A stretch of DNA of 64,000 nucleotides from Thermoanaerobaculia bacterium (lineage in GTDB: Bacteria > Acidobacteriota > Thermoanaerobaculia > Multivoradales > SZUA-115). Shown here piece after piece: positions 47,377 through 59,690 of the stretch; the stretch's first letter is position 1, and each line of letters starts with the position of its first letter. The stretch is taken from positions 64,034 to 128,033 of the forward strand of contig JBIOXV010000005.1 of NCBI GenBank assembly GCA_044869805.1, in the 5' to 3' direction. Both the position numbers and the translations under genes were made by a program. The notes beneath the pieces are model-generated. The model worked only from the letters and a program-made list of their open reading frames with translations, did not search any database and was not told the DNA's origin.

Positions 47377-48239
47377 GCCGCCTCGAGATTGGCCAGCAGG
47401 TAGGCGTCCTCGAGGGTGGGCTCGACGCGCGCGGCCCCGGCGAGAGCGTCGCCGCGACCGACGAAGCGCACGTGCACGCCGTCCGCGCGCCGCACCAGGC
47501 CCGAGACGGCGAGCGAGCGCTGCACCTCGGGCAGGCGCTCGGAGGGCACCACGGCGGCGTAGACCTTTCCCGCGGCCCGCGACAGCAGCTCCTCGGGCGT
47601 GGCCACGAGGAGCAGGTGGCCGCGCTTGAGCACCGCGATCTGCGACGCCACGGCCTCGACGTCGGAGACGATGTGCGTGGAGAGGATCACCAGCCGGCCG
47701 TGCGCGATCTCCGCCAGCAGGTTGCGGAACCGTACGCGCTCCTCGGGGTCGAGCCCCACGGTGGGCTCGTCCACGATCAGCAGCTTGGGCTCGCCGAGCA
47801 GGGCCTGGGCGATGCCCACCCGCTGCCGCATGCCGCCGGAGTAGCCGCCGAGGCGGCGGTCGGCCACCCCGTGCAGGTTGACCAGCTCGAGCAGCGCCAT
47901 CACGCGATCGCCCAAGGTTCGCTCGGGCAGGCCCTTGAGCCGGCCCAGGTAGGCGAGGAATTCGCGCGCCGTGAGCTTGTCGTAGACGCCGAAGTCCTGC
48001 GGCAGATAGCCCAGCGCCCGCCGCACGGCGAGAGGGTTGGCGAGCGCGTCCTCGCCGTCCCAGAGCACCGAGCCCCGCGTCGGCGTGGTCACCGTGGCGA
48101 GGATCGACATCAGGGTCGTCTTGCCGGCGCCGTTGGCCCCCAGCAGGCCCAGCACTCCGGCTCCCAGGGTCAGGGAAACATCGGAGAGCGCCGTCGTGCC
48201 CCCGGGGTAGATCTTGGTCAGCGATCGGATCTCGAGCAT
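47373..48239 (-). CDS. ABC transporter ATP-binding protein
   Basis: Walker A GANGAGKTT, signature YSGGMRQRVGIA, Walker B LLIVDEPTVGLD, H-loop STHIV. Confidence 0.85.
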   Translation of the reverse strand: MLEIRSLTKIYPGGTTALSDVSLTLGAGVLGLLGANGAGKTTLMSILATVTTPTRGSVLWDGEDALANPLAVRRALGYLPQDFGVYDKLTAREFLAYLGRLKGLPERTLGDRVMALLELVNLHGVADRRLGGYSGGMRQRVGIAQALLGEPKLLIVDEPTVGLDPEERVRFRNLLAEIAHGRLVILSTHIVSDVEAVASQIAVLKRGHLLLVATPEELLSRAAGKVYAAVVPSERLPEVQRSLAVSGLVRRADGVHVRFVGRGDALAGAARVEPTLEDAYLLANLEAA

Positions 48240-48397
48240 CGGCTTACCTCTACCCGCTGGGAACGCAGGGATTGCGCGAAGGTTCTGGAAGCGGCGGGCC
48301 GCCGCCGGCTGATGCTGCCCGCAGCCCGTCTGTGTGACAATCCCCCTCCCCGGCGGCGCCTCGCCGCCACGCAGGCCGCAACTTCTCTGGAGACACC

Positions 48398-50056
<1,659 letters not shown>

Positions 50057-50116
50057 GGCCGCCGCCCGAGGCCCTGCGGGAAGGTGCCCGCCAGCCGCTG
50101 GCGCCGTAGCCCGTGC

Positions 50117-50851
50117 TCACTCCGCCACGAAGCCCTGCTTGTGGCTGCCGTCGCAAAGCGGTTTCTTCTGCGACCGGCCGCAGCGGCAGAGGGCGCCGCG
50201 GGTGCCCGAGGCGCAGACCGAGCGGTCGGCGGCGAGGATCTTGACCGGGCCTTCGAGGACCAGGGGGCCGTTCGGCCGCAGGTGGATGCGCAGGCGCGGC
50301 GAGCCGGCGAGCGCCGGGTCGTCGCGCAGCGTGACCGCCTCCGGCAGCCCGGGCTCGACGAACTCGACCTCGGCGTGGGAGCCGTCGCAGAACGGCTTGT
50401 TGGCCGAGGCGCCGCAGCGGCAGAGGGCGACGCGGGTGTCGGTCCACAGTACCGTGGGGCCCTCGGCCGCGCCCTCCCCGCTCGCTGCCTGCCCACTCGC
50501 GCTCGGCCCGCTCACGATTGACCCACTTACAATCTCCAAATCGCCGCGCGCGTAGAACGGTCCGTCCGGGCAGAGCTCGACCACGTTCTCGGCCGGCACC
50601 GGCTCGACCTTCGTGCCGTCCGCGCGCTCGGCCCTGAGCGCGCCGGTCGGGCAGGAGAGCACGGTGGCCAGGAGCTCCGCCGCGCCCGCCGCGCCCGGCT
50701 CGACCCAGGGCGTCTCGCGCGGCCGGAACACGTCGGGCAGGCCGCGCACGCAGGAGCCGGCGTGGATGCAGCGCTTGCGCTCGTAGAGCACGGTCACGCG
50801 CTCTCCTTCATAGCGGTGGATGCGGCCGCGGCCGGGTTCGCCGGTGTTCAT
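50117..50851 (-). CDS. Fe-S protein: divergent 4Fe-4S mono-cluster-like N-domain plus two CDGSH [2Fe-2S] domains
   Basis: Two C-x-C-x(8)-C-DGSH motifs (CRCGASANKPFCDGSH, CRCGRSQKKPLCDGSH). N-terminal Cys pattern CIHAGSC...CPTGAL. Confidence 0.8.
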   Translation of the reverse strand: MNTGEPGRGRIHRYEGERVTVLYERKRCIHAGSCVRGLPDVFRPRETPWVEPGAAGAAELLATVLSCPTGALRAERADGTKVEPVPAENVVELCPDGPFYARGDLEIVSGSIVSGPSASGQAASGEGAAEGPTVLWTDTRVALCRCGASANKPFCDGSHAEVEFVEPGLPEAVTLRDDPALAGSPRLRIHLRPNGPLVLEGPVKILAADRSVCASGTRGALCRCGRSQKKPLCDGSHKQGFVAE

Positions 50852-50859
50852 CGCTGCTC

Positions 50860-51588
50860 CTACCCGATCAGCGAGCGCAGGCCGGTGAGGTCGCGGACGT
50901 GCACGCGGTGCGCGGAGTCGGTGGCGAGAAGGCCGCGCGCCTTCAAGTCGCCCATCACCTGGTTAACGCGCTCGCGCGAGGCGCCCACCAGCTCCGCTAA
51001 ATCGGTCTGGGTCAGGCGCAGGCCGATACACACGCCGGGCTCGCCGTCGACCGCCCGCCCGTGCCGCTCGGCGAAGGCGAGGAGCTGGCGCGCCAGACGG
51101 CCGGCCACGTCGAGCGTCGACAGCGATTGGATCTGGGCGTTGGCCAGGCGCAGTCGGGAGGAGAGCAGCCGCACCAGGTTGTAGGTCATGCGCGGCATGG
51201 TCGCGAGGCAGGAGTTGAAAGCCGCGCGGTCCATCGCCAGCACCGTGCACGGCTCGAGCGCCACCACCGTGGCCGAGCGGCCGGCGCTGTCGATGAGCGA
51301 CATTTCACCCACCGTGTCTCCCACTCCCAGGAACGCCAGGATCACCTGCTTGCCGTCCGCCATCTCGGCCACGATCTTGACCGTGCCCGAGTAGAGGACG
51401 TAGATCGCCTCCCCCGGCTGCTCGGCGGTGATCAGCACCGTGCCGGGGGCGAGGTGGCGGCGGCGGAAGAGCCTGGCGAGGCGCTCGAGGTCGGCGCCCG
51501 GCAGCTCGGCGAAGAGCGGGAACTCCGCCAGCAGGGAGAGGTCCACGACGGCGGAACCCGGCTCTCGCGACGCGCTGGGTGCCTGCAC
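50860..51588 (-). CDS. Crp/Fnr-family transcriptional regulator
   Basis: cNMP-binding fold and C-terminal HTH (LTQTDLAELVGASRERVNQVMGDLKARGLL). A GTG start 2 nt after the lepA stop is proposed. The track N-terminus is an artefact. Confidence 0.7.
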   Translation of the reverse strand: MQAPSASREPGSAVVDLSLLAEFPLFAELPGADLERLARLFRRRHLAPGTVLITAEQPGEAIYVLYSGTVKIVAEMADGKQVILAFLGVGDTVGEMSLIDSAGRSATVVALEPCTVLAMDRAAFNSCLATMPRMTYNLVRLLSSRLRLANAQIQSLSTLDVAGRLARQLLAFAERHGRAVDGEPGVCIGLRLTQTDLAELVGASRERVNQVMGDLKARGLLATDSAHRVHVRDLTGLRSLIG

Positions 51589-51590
51589 GC

Positions 51591-53390
<1,800 letters not shown>

Positions 53391-53592
53391 CGGTTCGTTC
53401 CTCTGACGTGGGGGCCTGCACGGGGCGCGGCGCGCCGCGCTCGGGTGGCGGATTCGAGACGCCGGGCCGCTCGGAGGCGATAGTCTATCCTGCGTCCGGG
53501 GGCCATCGCGATGCGCCCGGCCGACCCCCGACTGCACAGACCGGCTCGCCCGCCGGGCGCGGCTCGAAGCTCAACCGCCCAGGAGGTGCTCC

Positions 53593-54456
53593 ATGATGCG
53601 TGACTTCGTCGTCTCCGGCCTCGTCCTTCTCGCCCTGCCCGCGGCCGCCGCCGGGCCCCCTTCTGCCGCCGGCCCAGCGGCCGGCTACGCCGACCAGATG
53701 GCCCACCAGCACGCCGGCGACGCGCCGGTGGCGAGCCCGGCGGCCGCCGCCGAGCCCGCCTCGCCCGTGGAGTCGAGCCGCGTCACCTACGCAACGATCG
53801 ACGGCAAGGCGGTCGAAGGCTACCTGGCCAAGCCGAAGCAGGCCGCGGCCGGCGCCCCGGGGATCATCGTCATCCACGAGTGGTGGGGCCTGAACGAGAA
53901 CATCGAGTCCATGGCCCGGCGCCTCGCCGGCGAGGGCTACACGGCGCTCGCCGTGGACCTCTACGAGGGCCAGAAGGCGGCCAACCCCGAGGACGCGCGC
54001 AAGCTCACCGCCGCGGCGGGCGAGCGCAGGGAGAAGCTCGAGGACAACCTGCGCCAGGCCTACACCTACCTGGAGAAGGGCGGCGCCAGGAAGGTTGGCG
54101 TCATCGGCTGGTGCTTCGGCGGCGGCTGGTCGCTCGGCACGGCGCTCCTGCTGCCGGACAAGATCGACGCCGCGGTCGTCTACTACGGCCGCCTGGTGAC
54201 CGACTCCGAGAAGCTCGAGCCCTTGACCATGCCCGTGCTCGGCCTCTTCGGCAGCGAGGACCAGGGCATCCCCGTGGCCTCGGTGCGCGAGTTCGAGTCG
54301 GCGATGAAGGCGCTGGGCAAGAACGTCGAGATCCACGTCTACGAGGGCGCCAACCACGCCTTCGCCAACCCCTCCGGCACCCGCTACAAGGCCGACGCGG
54401 CCGAGGACGCGTGGCGGAAGACGGTCGCCTTCTTCGCCAAGCACCTGAAGGGGTAG
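53593..54456 (+). CDS. Secreted dienelactone hydrolase family protein
   Basis: AGGAGG RBS. Signal peptide. DLH fold motifs (GIIVIHEWWGL, GWCFGGG, ANHAF). Confidence 0.8.
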   Translation: MMRDFVVSGLVLLALPAAAAGPPSAAGPAAGYADQMAHQHAGDAPVASPAAAAEPASPVESSRVTYATIDGKAVEGYLAKPKQAAAGAPGIIVIHEWWGLNENIESMARRLAGEGYTALAVDLYEGQKAANPEDARKLTAAAGERREKLEDNLRQAYTYLEKGGARKVGVIGWCFGGGWSLGTALLLPDKIDAAVVYYGRLVTDSEKLEPLTMPVLGLFGSEDQGIPVASVREFESAMKALGKNVEIHVYEGANHAFANPSGTRYKADAAEDAWRKTVAFFAKHLKG

Positions 54457-54496
54457 GGCGGGCCACAGCACCCCGAGCTGCTGCATCAGCCGGAGC

Positions 54497-54871
54497 TCAG
54501 GACTTCCGGGCCGCGACCTCGGCGGCGAGCTTCTTGGGCGCTGCCAGGCGGTAGCTGGAAACCACCAGCTCCTCGACCTCCTGCCAGTCGACCTCGCCGG
54601 TGTCCAGGCGCAAGGCGACCCAGCCTCGGACCCCGATGTAGGCCGGCAGGTAGAACCGCTCCGGCTCCCGTCGCGCCAGCTCCTCGTGCTCGCCCATCGC
54701 GGTCTTGCAAGCGACCGCCACGATGCCGTCGCCGTGGTGATTGTCGAGGAAGTAGGCGAAGACTCTCTTGCGTACCCGGTAGGTGGCGTGGCTCCCCGTG
54801 CGCTCGCACGTCGCCTCGGGCAGGGCGAGGCAGATGCGCGAGATGGCGGAGAGGAGGGCGGCGGCGGCCAT
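54497..54871 (-). CDS. MmcQ/YjbR-family protein
   Basis: 124 aa with the family size and conserved pattern (SHATYRVRKRVFAYF...). Confidence 0.65.
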   Translation of the reverse strand: MAAAALLSAISRICLALPEATCERTGSHATYRVRKRVFAYFLDNHHGDGIVAVACKTAMGEHEELARREPERFYLPAYIGVRGWVALRLDTGEVDWQEVEELVVSSYRLAAPKKLAAEVAARKS

Positions 54872-54949
54872 GGGCCGTTCAGCCTATCGCGCCTCCGCGT
54901 TCGCCCAGACCGGCGCGACGACAGGTCGCTGCCAGCCTCGCACAAGGCC

Positions 54950-56266
54950 TCACGTGCGAGCCTTCTTCAACCTCACGCTGCCGCTGACCGCCGACAGCTC
55001 GAGCGCCGCGGTGGAGGTGGGGTCGGTGGCGGGGGACGCCAGGACATCGGTGGGGTCCCCTTTGGTGAGGCTGCCGGGGAAGTCGCTCTCGAGGTCGCCG
55101 TAGGTGCACTCGAGCGTGAAGGCCGGCGCCGGGGCGGCGGCCGGCCACTCGAAGTCGATCGAGCCGTAGCGCGTCTTCACCTGATGGCGGGCGGTCAGGG
55201 CGGCGCCGGCGAGGCCGGCCACCGCGACCTCGCCGCTCTCGTTGGAGATCGTCACCGCCCCGCCCACGCCGTCGACCGAGACCCCGGCGTACTGGTTGCG
55301 GATCGAGACCTCGCGCGCCGCGCCGGTGACCTTCACCGTGCCGCTGCCGCTCACCACTTCGACCGGGCCGGCGACCTCGGAGACCTCGACCGAGCCGTAC
55401 TCGCCGTCGATCTTCACCCGGCCGCCGATGCGCGCCAGCCGGATGGGGCTCGACTGCGTGCTGACCGTCACGTCGCCGGTCGCGTCCTCGATGGTCACCG
55501 CGCCGTAGGTGTCCTTCACCGAAACGGCCCCGCCGGCCTCCCGGACCTCGACCTCGCCGCTCGTCACCGCGATCTCGACCGGCCCGGTGACGCGCGACAG
55601 CACCAAGTTCCCGTACTGGTTTTCGAGCCGCGCCCCTCCCGCGAGGTTGCTGATTTCGACCGAGCCGCTGCCAGCCTCGAGGACCAGGTCGCCCTCCACG
55701 TCGGAGAGCTCCACGTCGCCGTAGCGGTTGTCGATCTCGGCACCGCCGCGCAGGTTGGCGGCCGTGAGGTCGCCCGAGGTGAGCGCCACCGCGAGCGCGC
55801 CCTCGACGCCCGTGACCGTCACGTCGCCATAGCGGTTGTCGAGATCGAGGCGGGTTCCCTTGGGCACCTCGAGCACGATCCTCAGGTCGTAGGACCGGTT
55901 GACCTCGAAGCGGAAGAAGTCCCCGTCGCCCCAGGAATCGTCCTGCACCGGGCCGGTGGGCTCGATTTCGAGGCCGTCCGCCGCCTCGCGGATGGCGACG
56001 TCGAAACGCTGGTCGATCGCCGCCATCCACTGCTTGTCGCGCGAGGCGAACTCCAGGTCGGCCGTCACCTTGACCTCGGTGCCGGTACCGGCCCGCACCG
56101 TCAGCTCGGCGGACTCGGCCCTGAGGCGCACCGGCCGGCCGCCGGCCGCGGTCTTCTCGAGGTGCCTGGTCTTGCGCTCGAGGGGGCCGGTGGGCGCCGC
56201 CAGCAGCACGAAGAGGGCGAGGCCCGAAAGCATGGCGATGATCCGGTACATAGACAGGGGCCGCAT
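54950..56266 (-). CDS. DUF4097-family beta-repeat protein (putative adhesin-like), membrane-anchored
   Basis: N-terminal TM. Many repeats of the form (NRYGDV/ENQYGNL/DTYGAV)-x-(VSLT)-x-V-x-G. Confidence 0.75.
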   Translation of the reverse strand: MRPLSMYRIIAMLSGLALFVLLAAPTGPLERKTRHLEKTAAGGRPVRLRAESAELTVRAGTGTEVKVTADLEFASRDKQWMAAIDQRFDVAIREAADGLEIEPTGPVQDDSWGDGDFFRFEVNRSYDLRIVLEVPKGTRLDLDNRYGDVTVTGVEGALAVALTSGDLTAANLRGGAEIDNRYGDVELSDVEGDLVLEAGSGSVEISNLAGGARLENQYGNLVLSRVTGPVEIAVTSGEVEVREAGGAVSVKDTYGAVTIEDATGDVTVSTQSSPIRLARIGGRVKIDGEYGSVEVSEVAGPVEVVSGSGTVKVTGAAREVSIRNQYAGVSVDGVGGAVTISNESGEVAVAGLAGAALTARHQVKTRYGSIDFEWPAAAPAPAFTLECTYGDLESDFPGSLTKGDPTDVLASPATDPTSTAALELSAVSGSVRLKKART

Positions 56267-56384
56267 GGGGTCTTCTCCTCGCCAAGCAAGACGAGAAGGG
56301 AGGGCGAATTGTTCGCGGCGGAGGCTCGGAGCCAGAGCAGGAACCGTGGCGGGTGGACCGCGCAGCAGGCTCCTGCTCGAACTC

Positions 56385-56780
56385 TCAGGCTGCGTGGCTC
56401 AGCAGGCGATCCGCCAGCGCCGCCAGCTCGGGCAGGGGCATGGGCTTGCCGAGCATGGCGTCGGCGCCCAGCCCCAGGGCCTCGGCCTCGGCCTCGGGCG
56501 AGCCGTAGGCGGTGAGCACCACGATGCGCATGCCCGGCCGCCGGCGGCGGGCGAAGGCCACCAGGTCGAGGCCCTCGGCAGGCTCGCGGGCGGAGAGGCG
56601 GAGATCGACGATCATCAGCGCGTAGGGCCGCTCGGCGATCAGCGCTTCGGCGGCCGAGCGTTCGCCGGCGGCGTCGACTGCGTACCCGCGGGCGGAAAAA
56701 AAGTCGCGCAGAGCGAAGAGGATCGTGGTCTCGTCGTCGACCACCAAGAGGCGAGGCAGGGGTGGCTCGGGGAAGACCAC
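56385..56780 (-). CDS. Single-domain response regulator (REC)
   Basis: LLVVDDE...DLRL...GADAMLGKP receiver motifs. A GTG start at 56780 is proposed because the track ATG (56810) lies inside a sigma-54 promoter. TTG at 56747 is an alternative. Confidence 0.65.
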   Translation of the reverse strand: MVFPEPPLPRLLVVDDETTILFALRDFFSARGYAVDAAGERSAAEALIAERPYALMIVDLRLSAREPAEGLDLVAFARRRRPGMRIVVLTAYGSPEAEAEALGLGADAMLGKPMPLPELAALADRLLSHAA

Positions 56781-56793
56781 GCTTCCCTGTCGC

Positions 56794-56809
56794 CGCAAGC
56801 CACGTGCCA
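56794..56809 (-). promoter_or_regulatory. Sigma-54 -24/-12 promoter (TGGCACG-tggc-TTGCG)
   Basis: Exact TGGCAC-N5-TTGC on the minus strand, 50 nt downstream of the NtrC-family activator gene and immediately upstream of the REC/DUF4097 genes. Confidence 0.55.
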
Positions 56810-56858
56810 TGGCCCAGGGCGGGCCGGGCCCGCGCTTCCCGGCCCAGCGCGTCCCGAT

Positions 56859-58217
56859 TCAGGACGGCTGTCCGGATTCTGGAAACCTGATCCCGAAACG
56901 CTTGAGCTTCTGGTACAGCGTGCTGCGCGGCACGCCGAGCCGCTCGGCGACGCGCGCCACGCGCCCACCCTCCTCCGCCAGCACGCGCTCGATCAGCCGC
57001 CGCTCCATCTGCTCGAGGGTGAGGCGGGTGTCGATCGCCTCGCCCGCGGCTACGCCCGGGGCGAAGCGCAGGTCACGGGCATCGACCACCGCGCCTTCGG
57101 CCAGCAGGATGGCCCGCTCGAGCACATTGCGCAGCTCGCGGAGGTTGCCCGGCCAGCGGTAGGCGGCGAGCGCCTTCATGGCCTCGGAGGTGAGCTCGAC
57201 CTCGCCGCGGCCGAGCTCCGGCCGCAGCCGCTCGAGCACCGTCGCCACGAGCTGCGGCAGGTCGTCCAGGCGCTCGCGCAGCGGCGGGATCACCAGCGGG
57301 ATCGCCGCCAGCCGGTAGTAGAGATCGCTGCGGAAGGTGCGCCGCTCGACGAGCAGCGAGAGGTCCCAGTGGGTGGCCGAGATCAGGCGGATGTCCACGG
57401 CCCGGTCCTTGACGTCGCCCAGCCTGCGGAACCGCTTCTCCTCCAGCACCTTGAGCAGCTTGGGCTGGACTCCGACCTCGAGGTCGCCGATCTCGTCCAG
57501 GAACACCGTGCCGCGGTGCGCGGCCTCGAGCAGGCCGGCTTTGTGGAACGCGGCGCCGGTGAAGGCGCCCTTGACGTGCCCGAAGAGCTCGCTTTCGACC
57601 AGCTCCCGTGACAGGCCGGCGCAGTTCAAGTCCACGAACGCCTCCTCCGCGCGCGGGCCGCGGGCGTGCAGCCAGGCGGCGAGCACCCCCTTGCCGGAGC
57701 CGGTCTCGCCCTGGATCAGCAGCGGGCTCTCGCTGTCCACCACCTTCGCCGCCTGGGCCCGGAGCTCCCGGATGCCGCGGCTCGAGCCCACGAACGGGTC
57801 GAGGGGCCGGCGCAGCCCCCCGGCCTTGCCCGCCATCGTCTTCTGCCGGTTGCGCTGGTTCTCGAGCGCCCGCTCGAGGATCACCTCCAGCGCCGAGAGC
57901 TCCACCGGCTTGGTCAGGAAGTGCTCGGCTCCCTCGCGGATCGCCTCGACGGCGAGGTCGATCGAGCCGTAGGCGGTGAGGATCACCACCGGCAGCCGCA
58001 GGTGGGCCTCTCGGAGGCCGGCCAGCAGCGCCAGGGCGTTGCCGTCCGGCAGGTGGTGATCGACCACCGCGGCGGCGAACGGCTGCGCCTGCAGCCGCTC
58101 CAGCGCTTCGCGCTGGGTGGCGGCCTCGGCCACCTCGAAGCCCCGGCTCTCCAGGAAGGCGCGGACGCCGAAGCGGACGGCGTCCTGGTCGTCGACGACG
58201 AGGATGCGCCCGCGCAT
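56859..58217 (-). CDS. Sigma-54-dependent response regulator (NtrC family: REC + AAA+ + Fis HTH)
   Basis: Start at MRGRILVVDD. GAFTGA loop (FGHVKGAFTGA), Walker A GETGSGKG, R-finger region. C-terminal HTH (RVAERLGVPRSTLYQKLKRFGI). Confidence 0.85.
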   Translation of the reverse strand: MRGRILVVDDQDAVRFGVRAFLESRGFEVAEAATQREALERLQAQPFAAAVVDHHLPDGNALALLAGLREAHLRLPVVILTAYGSIDLAVEAIREGAEHFLTKPVELSALEVILERALENQRNRQKTMAGKAGGLRRPLDPFVGSSRGIRELRAQAAKVVDSESPLLIQGETGSGKGVLAAWLHARGPRAEEAFVDLNCAGLSRELVESELFGHVKGAFTGAAFHKAGLLEAAHRGTVFLDEIGDLEVGVQPKLLKVLEEKRFRRLGDVKDRAVDIRLISATHWDLSLLVERRTFRSDLYYRLAAIPLVIPPLRERLDDLPQLVATVLERLRPELGRGEVELTSEAMKALAAYRWPGNLRELRNVLERAILLAEGAVVDARDLRFAPGVAAGEAIDTRLTLEQMERRLIERVLAEEGGRVARVAERLGVPRSTLYQKLKRFGIRFPESGQPS

Positions 58218-59497
58218 CAGCCGGGGGCCGCCGGCTGCGAGGCGGCGCCGCGCTCGAGGGGCAGGCGCAGCAGCAGCTCGCCACCGCCGCCGTCGCGGTT
58301 GCCGGCCTGGATGGCGCCGCCGTGCTGCTCGACGATGCGATGGACGATCGACAACCCCAGGCCGGTGCCGTCCCGGCGGCGGCTGAAGAACGGCTCGAAG
58401 ACCTTGGGCAGATCCTCGGGCCGGAAGCCGGGGCCGGAGTCGCGCACCGCGCAGACCAGGGCCGGCGGCCGCCCTTCCGGGTCCAGCCCGCCCTCGACCT
58501 CGACCACCCCCGGCGCGGGGCTGTGCTGGATGGCGTTCTCGAGCAGGTTCTGGAGCACCTGCAGGATGCGTTGGCGGTCCATCGGCACCGGCGGCAGCCC
58601 GGGGGCGAGCCGCGGCAGGATTTCCACTTGCTCGCGCCCGGCGAGCGATGAACAGTTGGCGATCGCCTCCGCCACCACGTCGGCCAGGCTCTCGGTGCCG
58701 ACCTCGAGCCGCGGCGGCTTGCCGTAGTCGAGCAACTGGTTCATCAGCCGGTTCAGGCGCGCGAGCTGGCTGCGCAGCACGTAGAGGTACTGGCCGTACT
58801 CCTCGCGGCTGCCGAAGCGGCTCTCGAAGGCGTCGAGCGCCGCCGAGATGCCGAACAGGGGATTGCGCACCTCGTGCGCCACGCCCGCCACCAGCGAGCC
58901 CATGGCCGACATCACCTCGCTCTTGCGCAGCGACTCTTGGAGTCGCACCAGGCCGGTCACCTCGCGCGCCACCACGATCACGCGGTCCTCGCCCGGCGGC
59001 CCGTCCACCGATTCCGAAACGCTGGCTGACCCCGAGACACTGGCGGACCCCGAAACGCTCGCCGATAAATCCCAGGTGGCACCGGACACCAGGTCGACGG
59101 CCGAACGGGAGCGCGACACCCGGCCGCGGCCGACCTCCGCCGCCAGGGCCTCGGCGGCCGCCCACGGCTCCCCCCGCCCCAGCTCCCCCACCGCCAGGCC
59201 GAGGAGCTCGCGGTAGGGCCGGCCGGCGAGCAGGCTCGCGGCCAGGTTCATGCGCCGCACGCGCAGCCGCCCGTCCACCACCAGCAGCACGGACTCGACG
59301 GCGTCGAAGGTGAGCTGCCACTCGCGGGCCGCGTTGGCGATCGCCTCGCGCAGCCGCTCCTGCTCGCCCACCTCCCGCTCCCGCGCCTTGAGCGCCGCGT
59401 TCTCCCGCGCCAGGCGCAGGTTGCGCCGCCGGGCGGCGAGCAGCCCGAGGCTCAAGCCCAGGGCCGAAGCCGTGGCGAGTGCCGTGGTGCGCTTCAT
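58217..59497 (-). CDS. Sensor histidine kinase (TM, PAS-like, HisKA, HATPase_c)
   Basis: H-box VAGVAHEVRNPL, N-box LLENAIQHS, G-boxes DSGPGF and GTGLGLSIV. 1-nt overlap with the RR gene. Contains an SASVSG x3 repeat. Confidence 0.8.
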   Translation of the reverse strand: MKRTTALATASALGLSLGLLAARRRNLRLARENAALKAREREVGEQERLREAIANAAREWQLTFDAVESVLLVVDGRLRVRRMNLAASLLAGRPYRELLGLAVGELGRGEPWAAAEALAAEVGRGRVSRSRSAVDLVSGATWDLSASVSGSASVSGSASVSESVDGPPGEDRVIVVAREVTGLVRLQESLRKSEVMSAMGSLVAGVAHEVRNPLFGISAALDAFESRFGSREEYGQYLYVLRSQLARLNRLMNQLLDYGKPPRLEVGTESLADVVAEAIANCSSLAGREQVEILPRLAPGLPPVPMDRQRILQVLQNLLENAIQHSPAPGVVEVEGGLDPEGRPPALVCAVRDSGPGFRPEDLPKVFEPFFSRRRDGTGLGLSIVHRIVEQHGGAIQAGNRDGGGGELLLRLPLERGAASQPAAPG

Positions 59498-59690
59498 CAG
59501 TCCTCCTAAAAGCAGACAGTGTGTCTGGATCTCAGACGACGGGACACGAAATCATTTCAACGCGTGGCCAAAGACGGTCGCAAACTGCTAACCCTCACCG
59601 CGCGGCCCCTGGTACGCCTCTTGCTGAGTCTCGGATTGTTTCTAGCTACACCTGAAGTGCGTCGGCTCGTATCACGACATTTCTCGTAGT

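Noticed and set aside
59514-59528. CAGACA-gtg-TGTCTG inverted repeat upstream of the histidine kinase start
   Set aside because: The 6-bp arms are short enough to occur by chance. It is noted only as a possible operator in the HK/M16 divergent promoter.
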